A stretch of 64,000 nucleotides of DNA, taken from assembly GCA_963789115.1 (NCBI GenBank), contig CAWBJH010000001.1:72816-136815 (forward strand), in the 5' to 3' direction. The position numbers and the translations under genes were made by a program. The notes beneath the pieces were generated by a model. It made no database searches, had not been told where the DNA came from, and saw only the letters and a list, made by a program, of their open reading frames with translations. This stretch comes from an uncultured delta proteobacterium. GTDB taxonomy: Bacteria > Desulfobacterota > Binatia > Binatales > Binataceae. Positions 31,118 to 42,655 of this stretch are shown piece after piece (the first letter of the stretch is position 1; the number at the start of each line of letters is the position of its first letter).

Positions 31118-32320
31118 TCAATGCGGAAAGTGAAGTGACGAAGGGGGTGGAGGACCGCCCGTGCGGCCGGCCTGGACCTGCTCGGTCACGACCGCGTCGC
31201 CTGGCTTCAGGTCGCCGCTTATGACTTCGACGTTGCTGCCGTCGTCGAGCCCGGTGACGATCGAGACCCGCTTGAGCTGTCCACCCTGCTCGACATATAC
31301 GCCGGCCCGCCGCGAGGTCTGGGGGGCCTCCGAATTGGCCGCGGCCGCGTGTTGATGCTTCATGCGCGCGAAGCGCAGCGCCGGCACCGGTACGCACAGC
31401 GCATTGTCGCGCCGCGCGGTGACAATCGTCACGTTGGCCGTCATCCCGGGCTTGAGCAGCAACTCGGGGTTGGCGACATTGAGCACCACGTCATAGGTAA
31501 CCACGTTCTGCACCGTGATCGGCGCCTGCCGCACCTGGCCAACGACGCCCTCGAACACGCGATCCGGGTACGCATCGACCCGGAAATCTGCCGGCTGTCC
31601 GAGTTGCAGGTTGCCGATATCGGACTCGCTCACGTTGGCGTCGACCTGCATCTTGGTCAGGTCCTTCGCGATCAGGAACAGGGTCGGGGTCTGAAAGCTC
31701 GCGGCCACGGTCTGCCCGACGTCGACGTTGCGCGAGACCACGGTACCATCGACCGGAGAGATGATGTTCGTATAGTCGAGCTGGACCTGCGCGTCGCGCA
31801 GATTAGCGTGCTGCTGCTGGATATTGGCCCGGTCGAGCGCAACCTGGGCTATAGCCTGATCGTAGGCGCTGCGGGCGCTGTCAACCGTGTCCTGCGACAC
31901 CGCTTCCACCTTGAGCAGATCACTGTCGCGCTCGAAGGTGATTTTCTTGTAAGCCATGTCAGCCAGGTCCTTGCCGAGCTGGGCCTTGGCGTTGGCCAGC
32001 GCGGCCGCCATTTCGTCCACTTTGACCTGGAACGGGCGTGGGTCGATCTTGGCGATCAGTTGGTTCTCTTTGACCGGCGAGTTGAAGTCCGCGTAGAGCG
32101 TCTGAATCGGCCCCGAGACGTAGCTGCCGACCTGCACAACGATCACCGGGTTGACGGTGCCGGTTGCGATCACGGCGCGCACTATCGAGCCGCGCGTGAC
32201 CGGCGCGGTAACATACGTGGCCGCGGGAGAGCTGAAGCGCCAGAAGTAAATGGCCAACGCCAGCAGAATCACAGCGCCGGCCCCCGCCCAGAGCGTGATT
32301 TTCGAGGTCGGACGGATCAT
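31118..32320 (-). CDS. macA: Periplasmic adaptor subunit, HlyD/MacA family membrane fusion protein
   Basis: N-terminal TM helix, coiled-coil, and beta-barrel and lipoyl domains of efflux adaptor proteins. It is immediately upstream of macB. Confidence 0.8.
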   Translation of the reverse strand: MIRPTSKITLWAGAGAVILLALAIYFWRFSSPAATYVTAPVTRGSIVRAVIATGTVNPVIVVQVGSYVSGPIQTLYADFNSPVKENQLIAKIDPRPFQVKVDEMAAALANAKAQLGKDLADMAYKKITFERDSDLLKVEAVSQDTVDSARSAYDQAIAQVALDRANIQQQHANLRDAQVQLDYTNIISPVDGTVVSRNVDVGQTVAASFQTPTLFLIAKDLTKMQVDANVSESDIGNLQLGQPADFRVDAYPDRVFEGVVGQVRQAPITVQNVVTYDVVLNVANPELLLKPGMTANVTIVTARRDNALCVPVPALRFARMKHQHAAAANSEAPQTSRRAGVYVEQGGQLKRVSIVTGLDDGSNVEVISGDLKPGDAVVTEQVQAGRTGGPPPPSSLHFPH

Positions 32321-32489
32321 CAGGTTATCAGGTTATCCAGGGCGGACTCGGCCCGGGATGCGCCAACTCGTCAGCAATCATAATATACGTTAGACGATTG
32401 CGCTACGCGCGCGTTTCATCTTGACCCGCGCTGCCGTCCCGGTCAGGAGTCGGCGCCGCGTTGACAGGAGTCGGGAGGTCCTCGCGGCT

Positions 32490-33674
32490 ATGACGGACAG
32501 CGCCCCGCTTTCGGGAATTAAGGTGATAGACCTGACCCGCTACCTGGCGGGACCCTTCTGCACGCAGATCCTAGGCGACTACGGCGCCGAGATTCTCAAG
32601 ATCGAGCCGGTCAGGGGAGCGCGCACCGAGCTGGGTGACGCCCCGGGCCGCGACAGTTACTTCTTTCTGAGCGCGAACCGCTCCAAGAAGAGCGTGCTGA
32701 TCGACGCCAAGCGTCGCGAGGGCCTCTCGGTGCTCAAGCGGCTTGCCGAATCCGCCGATGTAGTGGTGGATAATTTCCGTCCGGGTGTGATCGAGGCAAT
32801 GGGCCTGGGATACGACGAGCTGGCCGCGCGCAATCCGCGCATCATCTGTGCCAGCATCTCCGGATTCGGGTCGAGCGGGCCGCTGCGCGACTTTCCGGGC
32901 TTCGACCAGATCGCGCAGGGGATGTCGGGTCTGATGAGCGTGACCGGGACGGCGGAGAGCGGTCCGACGCGCGTGGGGATCGCGATCTGCGATCTGCTGG
33001 CCGGAATCTTCGCCGTGCAGGGGATAGTGCTGGCGCTCGAAGCGCGCCATCGCACAGGCCGCGGCCAGCGCGTGGAGACATCGCTGCTCGAGTCCATCGT
33101 GAGCATCCTGAGCTGGTCGGCCGGGATCTACTTCGAGACCGGAAGGACTCCCGCGCCCCAGGGCAACCATCATCCACTCGCGTCTCCGCACGGCGTGTTC
33201 CGCGCCTCGGACCGGCCGTTCAATATTGCGGTCGGCAACGAGGCGATGTGGGCGAAATTCGTTGAGCTGATCGGACGCCCGGAGCTGAAGTCGGATCAGC
33301 GCTTCACCGGCGTTGGGCAGCGGCTCAGGAATCGCGCCGCGCTGACTGACGAAATCAACCGGGCACTGGCGGCTCATCCGGCGGAGTATTGGATCGACCT
33401 TTTGAACCGCGAGGGGATTCCCTCTGGGCCGATTCTGACCATCGAGGAGATGTTCAACCATCCGCAGATCGCGGCGCGTGAGATGCTGCTGAAGATGCCG
33501 CATCCGGGGCGCGGCAGCTTTATGACCACCGGACTCCCGGTAAAGCTCTCGGCCACGCCGGGCCGGATCACTCGCCCGCCCATCGCGGGCGAGCATACCG
33601 AGGCGGTGCTGAGCGCGCACCGATTTAGTGCGGAAGAGATAGCAAAGCTCCGCGCCGCCGGCGTGATTGGGTGA
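32490..33674 (+). CDS. CoA-transferase family III (CaiB/BaiF-like)
   Basis: GIKVIDLT...AGPFC N-terminus and full-length family III CoA-transferase pattern. Confidence 0.8.
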   Translation: MTDSAPLSGIKVIDLTRYLAGPFCTQILGDYGAEILKIEPVRGARTELGDAPGRDSYFFLSANRSKKSVLIDAKRREGLSVLKRLAESADVVVDNFRPGVIEAMGLGYDELAARNPRIICASISGFGSSGPLRDFPGFDQIAQGMSGLMSVTGTAESGPTRVGIAICDLLAGIFAVQGIVLALEARHRTGRGQRVETSLLESIVSILSWSAGIYFETGRTPAPQGNHHPLASPHGVFRASDRPFNIAVGNEAMWAKFVELIGRPELKSDQRFTGVGQRLRNRAALTDEINRALAAHPAEYWIDLLNREGIPSGPILTIEEMFNHPQIAAREMLLKMPHPGRGSFMTTGLPVKLSATPGRITRPPIAGEHTEAVLSAHRFSAEEIAKLRAAGVIG

Positions 33675-33770
33675 ACCTGTCGCAGACCGTCCTGACGCCG
33701 ATGCTCGCGGACGAGCGCAATCGCCGCCGCCAGGCTTTCTCGCGCCTCGTCCTTGGTACGCCCCCCGAAT

Positions 33771-35531
<1,761 letters not shown>

Positions 35532-35848
35532 GCTCTAAAACTACCGTCCCGGCGGAATTATGCGGCGCGTCCCAAGCGGGCGCAGGAATATGTGGGCGGG
35601 CTGCCTATAGGTGCAGCCTGAGGCTGGCTCGCAAGAAACCACGGACATCGTGCAAACAAGTAATACTACTACACTTGCTTGGCTTTCGCTAACACCGCGC
35701 GTTTCGTCCGGCAAGCCGCACCCCCACCTCTACGAGCCGCCGCTCACCCCACAATTATAGACACGAAACGAAGGTTCCGCCGCTAATTCGCGTAAAGCGC
35801 CGCTTTTGCTGGCCTTGCGGGCCTGCGCCCTCTATCTTGCTCTAATAG

Positions 35849-35876
35849 TTTGACGATCCGGGCGCCACTCTAATCT
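35849..35876 (+). promoter_or_regulatory. Putative sigma-70 promoter for the CaCA gene
   Basis: TTGACG, then a 15-16 bp spacer, then TAATCT, about 25 bp upstream of the GTG start. Confidence 0.3.
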
Positions 35877-35901
35877 AGCGGCCGGGTCTCGGAGCCGGGC
35901 C

Positions 35902-36924
35902 GTGATTGCCCATGTCTTAATCCTGCTGATCAGCTTCGTGGTCATTTTGGCCGGCTCCGAACTGTTCACGAACGCGGTGGAGTGGGCCGGCCATCGGATG
36001 GATGTGGCCGAGGCCGCCGTCGGCAGCCTGCTGGCCGCGGTCGGGACTGCGCTGCCGGAGACCTTCATCCCGGCGGTCGCGATACTGATGGGCGCCGAGG
36101 GGCAAAGCGAGGCGCACCACGCGGTCGGCGTAGGCGCCATAATCGGGGCGCCCCTGATGCTCTCGACGATCGCGCTGTTCGTGATGGGGATGGCGGGAAT
36201 CGTCTACCGCAAACGGCGCGATCGAAGCGCGCTCAAGGTATCGCGCCAGGACGGGCGGCGCGACCTCGCGTTCTTCTTTCCGATATTTCTCGCGGCGGCG
36301 ATAGTCGGGCTGGGCCATCCTGGCGCGATCGCGCGACGCATCATCGCACTGGCGCTGCTCGGCGTTTACGGGATCTACGCCGCCACGATGCTGCGGCTCG
36401 AGCGCAGCCCCGAGAGCGCGGTCGAGCACGGACTTTACGCGGAGCTGCTGATGGGAGGAAGCCCGGATGCGCCGCGCGGGCTTGCGATCGCCGCGCAGGT
36501 GATCGTCGCAATGTTCGCTATTCTCCTGGGCGCGCGCGAATTCGTCGAGCAGGTGGTACTTCTCTCAGGGCACCTCGGGCTCAACCCGGGGGTGGTATCG
36601 TTGATCTTAAGTCCGCTCGCTACCGAGTTGCCCGAGAAGTACAACTCCGTGGTCTGGATCCGCCAGCGCAAGGACCATCTCGCCCTCGCCAACATCACGG
36701 GCGCGATGGTCTTTCAGTCATGCATTCCGGTGTCGCTCGGCCTCGCGTTCACGGCTTGGCATCTGACGCCGCCCGAGCTGTTGGCGGGGGGCATCGCGCT
36801 GGTCTCGGCGGGACTCCTGTTCGTGAACCTGCGGGAGGGGGAGTTGGGCACGCTAAGCCTGATGGTCGGCGGCGCGGCCTACGCAATCTTTCTCGCCGGC
36901 CTCTTGATTCTCGGGGCGCTGTAA
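35902..36924 (+). CDS. Sodium/calcium exchanger (CaCA, YrbG-like) membrane protein
   Basis: Two alpha-repeat motifs (GTALPETF and ATELPEKYNSVVW) and about 10 TM helices. GTG start. Confidence 0.7.
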   Translation: MIAHVLILLISFVVILAGSELFTNAVEWAGHRMDVAEAAVGSLLAAVGTALPETFIPAVAILMGAEGQSEAHHAVGVGAIIGAPLMLSTIALFVMGMAGIVYRKRRDRSALKVSRQDGRRDLAFFFPIFLAAAIVGLGHPGAIARRIIALALLGVYGIYAATMLRLERSPESAVEHGLYAELLMGGSPDAPRGLAIAAQVIVAMFAILLGAREFVEQVVLLSGHLGLNPGVVSLILSPLATELPEKYNSVVWIRQRKDHLALANITGAMVFQSCIPVSLGLAFTAWHLTPPELLAGGIALVSAGLLFVNLREGELGTLSLMVGGAAYAIFLAGLLILGAL

Positions 36925-37025
36925 ACGCGACCGGCTCTCGCGAAAGGACCTGCGGCGCTGCTAATCACTCGTTTTTCCGCAGCCTGCTAAACCTTGGATG
37001 TCCTTCTATTGGCCTTGGCTGGATT

Positions 37026-38873
37026 TCAGGCGCTAAGGAAGAACATGGCGATGTCGGCGTTCAGGTTCGGGTCGTCGTGTACCGCTTCACCAGATTCGCT
37101 GTTCAAGCAGATCTCGCGCAGCACCCGGATGCCGATAGCCTCGCAAAGTTCTCGGACGTCAATGATCGACGCGAATCGACGATTCGGAGTGTCGTACCAT
37201 TCGTAGCCGTAGAGCCCCGGAACCGTGGGCGAGCGACCCTGTTCGTAATACATCTGCCGGAGCTTACGATACGCGAAATTGGGAAAGCTCACGATGCCCA
37301 GCCCGCCGACGCGCGTGATCTCGCGCAGGATGCCCTTGGTGTCGGTGATGCATTGCAGGGCCTGGGAGAGCACCACCACGTCGAACTGCTTGTCGCGAAA
37401 ACTGTTCAACCCATCGTTGAGATCCGCGTTGATGACGTTGAGGCCGCGCGAGACACATTCGAGGACGGCCCGCTCGTCCACCTCCAGGCCGACCACGCGG
37501 CCATGACCCTTGGCAATGAGCTCGGCCATGAGCTGGCCGCTGCCGCATCCCAGGTCCAGGACACTGCTGCCGGGCGGAATCTCATCCACCAGGATTCGCA
37601 GGTCCACGCGGTCGCCTTGAAAAAAGGAGCTCGATGACAGCTGCGGCGCTGACGTTTCATGACGGTCGCCGCCGAGGGGCGGTCCGGTCAGGTTGTCGAG
37701 GAACCCGCGGACCAATCCGCCGTAGGTGTCGACGCTGTCCGCGAGCAGGAACGCATCGTGGCCGCTGGCGCTCGTGACCTCGCAATACGACACGGGCTTG
37801 TCGAGCGCCAACAAAGCGTCGGCGATCTGCCGGCCTTGCTCCGGCGGGAACAGCCAATCGCTCGAGAAGCTTACCACCAGCCACCGGCATTGCGACGGAG
37901 CGAGCGCGGCCTGCAACGTTGTCGGCGTGTCGCCGACGTTGAACAAGTCCATCACCATCGACAGGGTTACGTAGCTGTTGGCGTCGAACCGCTCGACGAA
38001 TCTGTCGCCCTGATAGGCCAGATAGGAGCCAACCGAGAACTTCTTTTCGAACGCGGTCGGCACGGCCCGCGGGCGCAGCCGGCTTGGGTCGAACTTGGCG
38101 GTCATCGACTCGGGCGACAGGTACGTGATGTGCCCGAGCATGCGGGCCAGCGCGAGACCGACGGCGGGTCCCTGCCCGCCGTAGTAGCGGCCGCCGTGGT
38201 AGTGCGGGTCGTGCATGACGGCGTTACGTGCCACCACGTCGAACGCCAACGCCTGGGTGGTGAGCCGGGGCGCTGTCGCGATCGCCACGCACACGCGGAC
38301 CCGGTCGGGATGGCGGATTGCCCAGGTGATAGCCTGGTGCCCGCCCATCGACCCGCCGATTACTGCGCGCAGCTTGCGGATGCCAAGATGGTCGATCAGC
38401 CACCGCTGCACTTCCACGGTGTCGGCGGTGGTTATGGTGGGGAAGTCCGACGCGTACGGCTGACCGGTGAGGGGATCGATACTGTTCGGGCCGGTAGTGC
38501 CGCGGCATCCGCCAAGGATGTTGGAGCAGACGACGAAGTACCGCTTGGTGTCGATGAAACCGCTCGGCCCGACGACCACGTCCCACCATCCGGGAAGGTC
38601 CGCATCGTCGTGGCGGGCCACGTGCGAATCGCCGCTGATAGCGTGGCAGATCAGCACGGCGTTGTCTCCGGCCTCGCTCAGCTCTCCATAAGTCTCGTAG
38701 GTGACACTGACTTCCGGCAGTTCGCCGCCGAGTTCCAGTTTCAGCGGGGTGTCGAACGTGACGTGCCTGGCATGCAGCAACGGCGCGGCGGAGCGGACCG
38801 CGTCGCTGCTATCGAAATCGCGCGGCGGCTTTGTCTGATGGCCGAGCGGCTGCGTGGTCCGAGATTTCACCAT
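37026..38873 (-). CDS. metX: Homoserine O-acetyltransferase MetX fused to a MetW methyltransferase-like domain
   Basis: N-terminal alpha/beta-hydrolase MetX with GGSMGG. C-terminal MetW-like SAM-methyltransferase domain with LDLGCGSG. Confidence 0.85.
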   Translation of the reverse strand: MVKSRTTQPLGHQTKPPRDFDSSDAVRSAAPLLHARHVTFDTPLKLELGGELPEVSVTYETYGELSEAGDNAVLICHAISGDSHVARHDDADLPGWWDVVVGPSGFIDTKRYFVVCSNILGGCRGTTGPNSIDPLTGQPYASDFPTITTADTVEVQRWLIDHLGIRKLRAVIGGSMGGHQAITWAIRHPDRVRVCVAIATAPRLTTQALAFDVVARNAVMHDPHYHGGRYYGGQGPAVGLALARMLGHITYLSPESMTAKFDPSRLRPRAVPTAFEKKFSVGSYLAYQGDRFVERFDANSYVTLSMVMDLFNVGDTPTTLQAALAPSQCRWLVVSFSSDWLFPPEQGRQIADALLALDKPVSYCEVTSASGHDAFLLADSVDTYGGLVRGFLDNLTGPPLGGDRHETSAPQLSSSSFFQGDRVDLRILVDEIPPGSSVLDLGCGSGQLMAELIAKGHGRVVGLEVDERAVLECVSRGLNVINADLNDGLNSFRDKQFDVVVLSQALQCITDTKGILREITRVGGLGIVSFPNFAYRKLRQMYYEQGRSPTVPGLYGYEWYDTPNRRFASIIDVRELCEAIGIRVLREICLNSESGEAVHDDPNLNADIAMFFLSA

Positions 38874-38879
38874 CCGGCT

Positions 38880-40187
38880 CTATCGCTGCGATGCTGCCAG
38901 CGCCTGGTCGAGATCCGCGATGATGTCGCGCACGTCCTCGACACCCACCGACAAACGCACGTACTCAGGCGTCACGCCGGTCTGCGCCTGCTCTTCAGGC
39001 GTGAGCTGCGAGTGCGTGGTCGTGGCCGGGTGGATGATCAACGATTTCACGTCACCGATGTTCGCCAGATGGCTGAACAGCTTGATGCTGTTGATCAACC
39101 TGACGCCTGCTTCCTTGCCGCCCTTGATGCCGAAGCCGACGATTGCACCCTGTCCGTCCGGCAGGTACTTCTTCGCATTGGCGTAATCGGGGTGGCTGGG
39201 TAGACCCGGGTAGTTCACCCACTGCACGGCAGGATGCTTCTCGAGGAATTTCGCCACGGCTAGCGCGTTCTGAGAGTGCCGCTCCAGCCGCAGGTGCAAA
39301 GTCTCCAATCCCAGCAGCGTCAGGAACGCTCCAAACGGGCTCTGGCAGGCACCCGTGTCGCGCAGCCAGTGGGTCCGGATGTGGAAGATGTAGGCGATGT
39401 TGCCGATCGGCCGCAACGCCTCCTCGAACACCAGCCCGTGATACGACGGGCTGGGCGCGGTGAATTCCGGCCACTTCTGCGGGTCCTTGGCCCACGGGAA
39501 CTTAGCACTATCGACAATCGCGCCACCAAGGTGCACGCCATGGCCGCCGATGAACTTCGTCGTCGAATACACGACGATGTCGAAGCCGTGCTCGATCGGA
39601 CGGAACAGGGCCGCAGTGAGGGCCGTGTTGTCGATAATCGTGGGCAGACCGTGGTTGTGCGCGAGGTCGGTGATCTTGCGATAGTCCGGCACGTCGTTCT
39701 TCGGGTTGCCAGGCGTCTCGATGTACACCGCACGGGTGTTTTTGTCCACCAGCTTGCTGATTTCCTCGGGCCGCTTCGGATCGAAGAATCGGACCTCAAC
39801 GCCGAGTTTCGGAAAGGTCTGCGTGAACAGCGTCCACGTCCCGCCGTATAGGCTGTTGGCGGAGATCAGGTTTTGCCCCGCATGCGTGATCGTCAGCAGG
39901 GACGCAGTGATTGCCGCCTGCCCGCTGGCAAACGCCAGCCCCGCTGCGCCGCCGTCGAGCGCCGCTAGGCGCTTTTCGAGGACGTCGTTGGTGGGGTTCA
40001 TCAGGCGAGTGTAGATGTTGCCGAATTCACGCAAGCCGAACAGATTTGCCGCGTGCTCGGTATCGTGGAACACGTAGCTGGTCGTCGCATAGATCGGCAC
40101 GGCGCGGGCCGTCGTGGTGGGGTCTGGCACTTGGCCGGCGTGTAACGCTTGGGTGGCGAGTCTGTAGTTTGCTGTGTTGTCTGACAC
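38880..40187 (-). CDS. metY: O-acetylhomoserine sulfhydrylase (aminocarboxypropyltransferase)
   Basis: PLP-dependent Cys/Met-metabolism enzyme with STTKFIGGHG (the lysine is in the TKF segment). GTG start after AGGAGA. Confidence 0.9.
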   Translation of the reverse strand: MSDNTANYRLATQALHAGQVPDPTTTARAVPIYATTSYVFHDTEHAANLFGLREFGNIYTRLMNPTNDVLEKRLAALDGGAAGLAFASGQAAITASLLTITHAGQNLISANSLYGGTWTLFTQTFPKLGVEVRFFDPKRPEEISKLVDKNTRAVYIETPGNPKNDVPDYRKITDLAHNHGLPTIIDNTALTAALFRPIEHGFDIVVYSTTKFIGGHGVHLGGAIVDSAKFPWAKDPQKWPEFTAPSPSYHGLVFEEALRPIGNIAYIFHIRTHWLRDTGACQSPFGAFLTLLGLETLHLRLERHSQNALAVAKFLEKHPAVQWVNYPGLPSHPDYANAKKYLPDGQGAIVGFGIKGGKEAGVRLINSIKLFSHLANIGDVKSLIIHPATTTHSQLTPEEQAQTGVTPEYVRLSVGVEDVRDIIADLDQALAASQR

Positions 40188-40232
40188 TTTAGGGTCTCCT
40201 TCGCTTATGTTCTGATGCGCCAGGGCTGCAGG

Positions 40233-40436
40233 TCAGGATTTGACCTCGCCCAATCTTCCAGTCCGCACGTCGTAGATAAAGCCACGCACAGGGAACGTGT
40301 CCTCCGGTTCTTCATATTGTGCCAAGAGGCTCAGCACCCGACGCTGTACACGGTACGGGTGTCCACCAGCCCTTTTTGATCTCGTCGAATTTTCAGGCCC
40401 ACTCCTGGTAAAGCACCGTGGACAAGTATCGCTCAC
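40233..40436 (-). CDS. Small ORF between cysK and metY, hypothetical and possibly not coding
   Basis: 67-aa ORF that overlaps the cysK 3' end in another frame. No recognisable family. Confidence 0.2.
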   Translation of the reverse strand: MSDTCPRCFTRSGPENSTRSKRAGGHPYRVQRRVLSLLAQYEEPEDTFPVRGFIYDVRTGRLGEVKS

Positions 40437-41355
40437 CCGCGTCGGGCAGCACAGTGACGATGGTTTTGCCGGCTAACTCGGGCTTCTTTGCGAGCCGTAC
40501 GGCCACCGCTACCGCTGCGCCGGACGAAATGCCGACCAGCATGCCCTCCTCGCGAGTCAAGCGCCGTGCAAAGGCGACTGCTTGCCCGCTATCCACCTGC
40601 TCGACACTGTCAACCAGCGACAGATCCAGCGTCTCAGGAATGAAGCCGGCGCCGATGCCCTGGATTTTATGCGGACCAGGCTTGAGTTCCTGGCCCGCAA
40701 GTTTCTGCGTGATAACCGGGCTTTCCTTCGGCTCGACAGCAACCGAGATGATTTGCTTCCCCTTGGTCTTCTTGATGAACCGGGACACGCCTGTAATGGT
40801 GCCGCCGGTGCCAACACCCGAGACAAAAATATCGATGGCGCCTTGGGTGTCGTCCCAGATTTCCGGTCCCGTGGTCTTCTCGTGAATCGCCGGATTGGCG
40901 GGATTGTTGAACTGCTGAGGCATGAAATACCGCTGCGGGTCGGAGTCCAGGAGCTGCTGCGCCTTGGCAATCGCACCTGGCATACCCTTCGGCCCCTCGG
41001 TCAGAATCAACTCGGCGCCCAGACCGAACAGCACGCGGCGCCGCTCCACGCTCATCGTATCGGGCATCGTCAGCAACACCTTGTATCCGCGCGATGCACC
41101 GACGAACGCCAGCGCGATGCCCGTGTTGCCGCTGGTCGGTTCGAGGATCACTTGGCCCGGTTTAAGCAAGCCCTTCTGCTCCGCGTCCCAGATCATCGCC
41201 GCCCCGATGCGGCACTTGACCGAATAGGACGGATTACGCCCCTCGATCTTCGCCAACACTGTGGCCTTGGCCCCGTCGGTAACGTGGTTCAGCTTGACCA
41301 GCGGCGTGCGTCCGATCGAATACGAATTGTCTTGAAAGACTCCTTGCGTACTCAT
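40393..41355 (-). CDS. cysK: Cysteine synthase A (O-acetylserine sulfhydrylase)
   Basis: PSYSVKCR motif with the PLP lysine, GNTG, and GERYLST at the C-terminus. The start ATG follows AGGAG. Confidence 0.9.
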   Translation of the reverse strand: MSTQGVFQDNSYSIGRTPLVKLNHVTDGAKATVLAKIEGRNPSYSVKCRIGAAMIWDAEQKGLLKPGQVILEPTSGNTGIALAFVGASRGYKVLLTMPDTMSVERRRVLFGLGAELILTEGPKGMPGAIAKAQQLLDSDPQRYFMPQQFNNPANPAIHEKTTGPEIWDDTQGAIDIFVSGVGTGGTITGVSRFIKKTKGKQIISVAVEPKESPVITQKLAGQELKPGPHKIQGIGAGFIPETLDLSLVDSVEQVDSGQAVAFARRLTREEGMLVGISSGAAVAVAVRLAKKPELAGKTIVTVLPDAGERYLSTVLYQEWA

Positions 41356-41635
41356 GTTTTCCGCTCCTGTAGGGGGAGGGTTCCGCCTCCCATTGCGCAG
41401 TGATGTGGTCATTTATCTCTCCCCGGCCACGGTCCATCTGCTACTGCCGGCTACGGGCATTTCGGCAATGTGCTGAACCGGGTGGAGAATTACGGCTGGG
41501 CATTATCCGCCAAGTTGGGGATCGGCTCGCGACGCTTCACTGTAGCGCCGCCCTCCGGTGCGCCACGGTGGCAGCGCATCGCCGCTGCTCGCCAACGTCT
41601 ATTATTGCGGCGCGACCGCGACCGGCCTTGGCAGT

Positions 41636-42514
41636 TCAAGTGGAAAAGGCGGCGCTGTTTACTCGCGCACGGAAACGCCCCGCCACAAAATACCCGTACA
41701 GGAGATACAGGTCCAAAAGTATCACCACCGCCCAAAGGCTGTACGCTCCGGACGACCCAAACAGCCTTAGGTCGATGATGGTTCGCGCGAGGCCGAATCC
41801 TACGATCCAGGCATCGAAGCTCATGCATATCCGCCTGAACGTCTCGGTGTGCACATAGCGAATCAGAAAGGCGCCGAGTGGAAGACCCAGCAGTACCGCG
41901 GGCGCGATCGGAGCCACCAGGTGAATGCTATAGGAGCTGTACAATCCCAAGGCCCAGTACGCGACCGCGGTCAGCGTCGTCTCCACCAGGCGCACGGTCC
42001 CCAGCGTGGCACGAAACTCCTGCTTGTCGAGTCCCTGATTGTTGAACATCAGGGCCAGAGGAGGCCCTGAGATAGTGGTGGTCGCGTAAAGCGTCCCGAC
42101 GCCGAGACCGAGCGGCACCCCGGCCGCGTGTTCGGCATGAATCGGCCGCCGAAAGCCCGCAGCCTGCAAGAGAATCAAGGGGAGCAGCACGACGTACGTA
42201 CAAAACTTGACCCATCCGGGATTTGCGCTGGTCAACAGATAGCTTCCGATCAGGATGCCGGGAACCAAGCCAAGGAGAATCGGAACTGCGCGCCGGCGAA
42301 CCATGGTAAGACTCCCGCGGCTCAGCACGACGAGCCAACTGTTTATCGCAAGCTCGACCAGGACTAGGGCGGGACTCAAGACCTTGTTAGAAAAGAACAA
42401 CAGCGCGACCGGAACCGTCAGTGACGAGAACCCGTATCCAATCGCGCCATTGACCGTCGCTGCAAAAAGCGCGATCGCGAACAGAAACAATTCGCCGTTC
42501 TGGAGGCTGAACAC
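41636..42514 (-). CDS. TauE/SafE (TSUP, DUF81) family anion exporter
   Basis: LFLFAIALFAATVNGAIGYGFSSLTVPV... with 7-8 TM helices. GTG start after GAGGA. The upstream 480 aa of the long ORF are antisense to polB. Confidence 0.7.
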   Translation of the reverse strand: MFSLQNGELFLFAIALFAATVNGAIGYGFSSLTVPVALLFFSNKVLSPALVLVELAINSWLVVLSRGSLTMVRRRAVPILLGLVPGILIGSYLLTSANPGWVKFCTYVVLLPLILLQAAGFRRPIHAEHAAGVPLGLGVGTLYATTTISGPPLALMFNNQGLDKQEFRATLGTVRLVETTLTAVAYWALGLYSSYSIHLVAPIAPAVLLGLPLGAFLIRYVHTETFRRICMSFDAWIVGFGLARTIIDLRLFGSSGAYSLWAVVILLDLYLLYGYFVAGRFRARVNSAAFST

Positions 42515-42655
42515 GCTTATCCTCGTCAGGGCAGCCGTCAGATCATCTCGGTCGGGGGCCTTCCCCCTAAGCACCGCGAATAGATTACTTATAGAGTCTG
42601 GTAACTTATATAAAGGGACCCTGGCAGGCAAGCGCCCCGCCACGCACAATCGGCG

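Noticed and set aside
37659-39203. 514-aa plus-strand ORF across metX and metY
   Set aside because: It is antisense to two conserved genes, and its translation has no motifs
40188-40392. Possible SAM riboswitch in the cysK-metY spacer and upstream of cysK
   Set aside because: I looked for S-box, SAM-II and SAM-IV core sequences (GGCAACC, the kink-turn, the pseudoknot) and found none. The spacer is left unexplained rather than called a riboswitch
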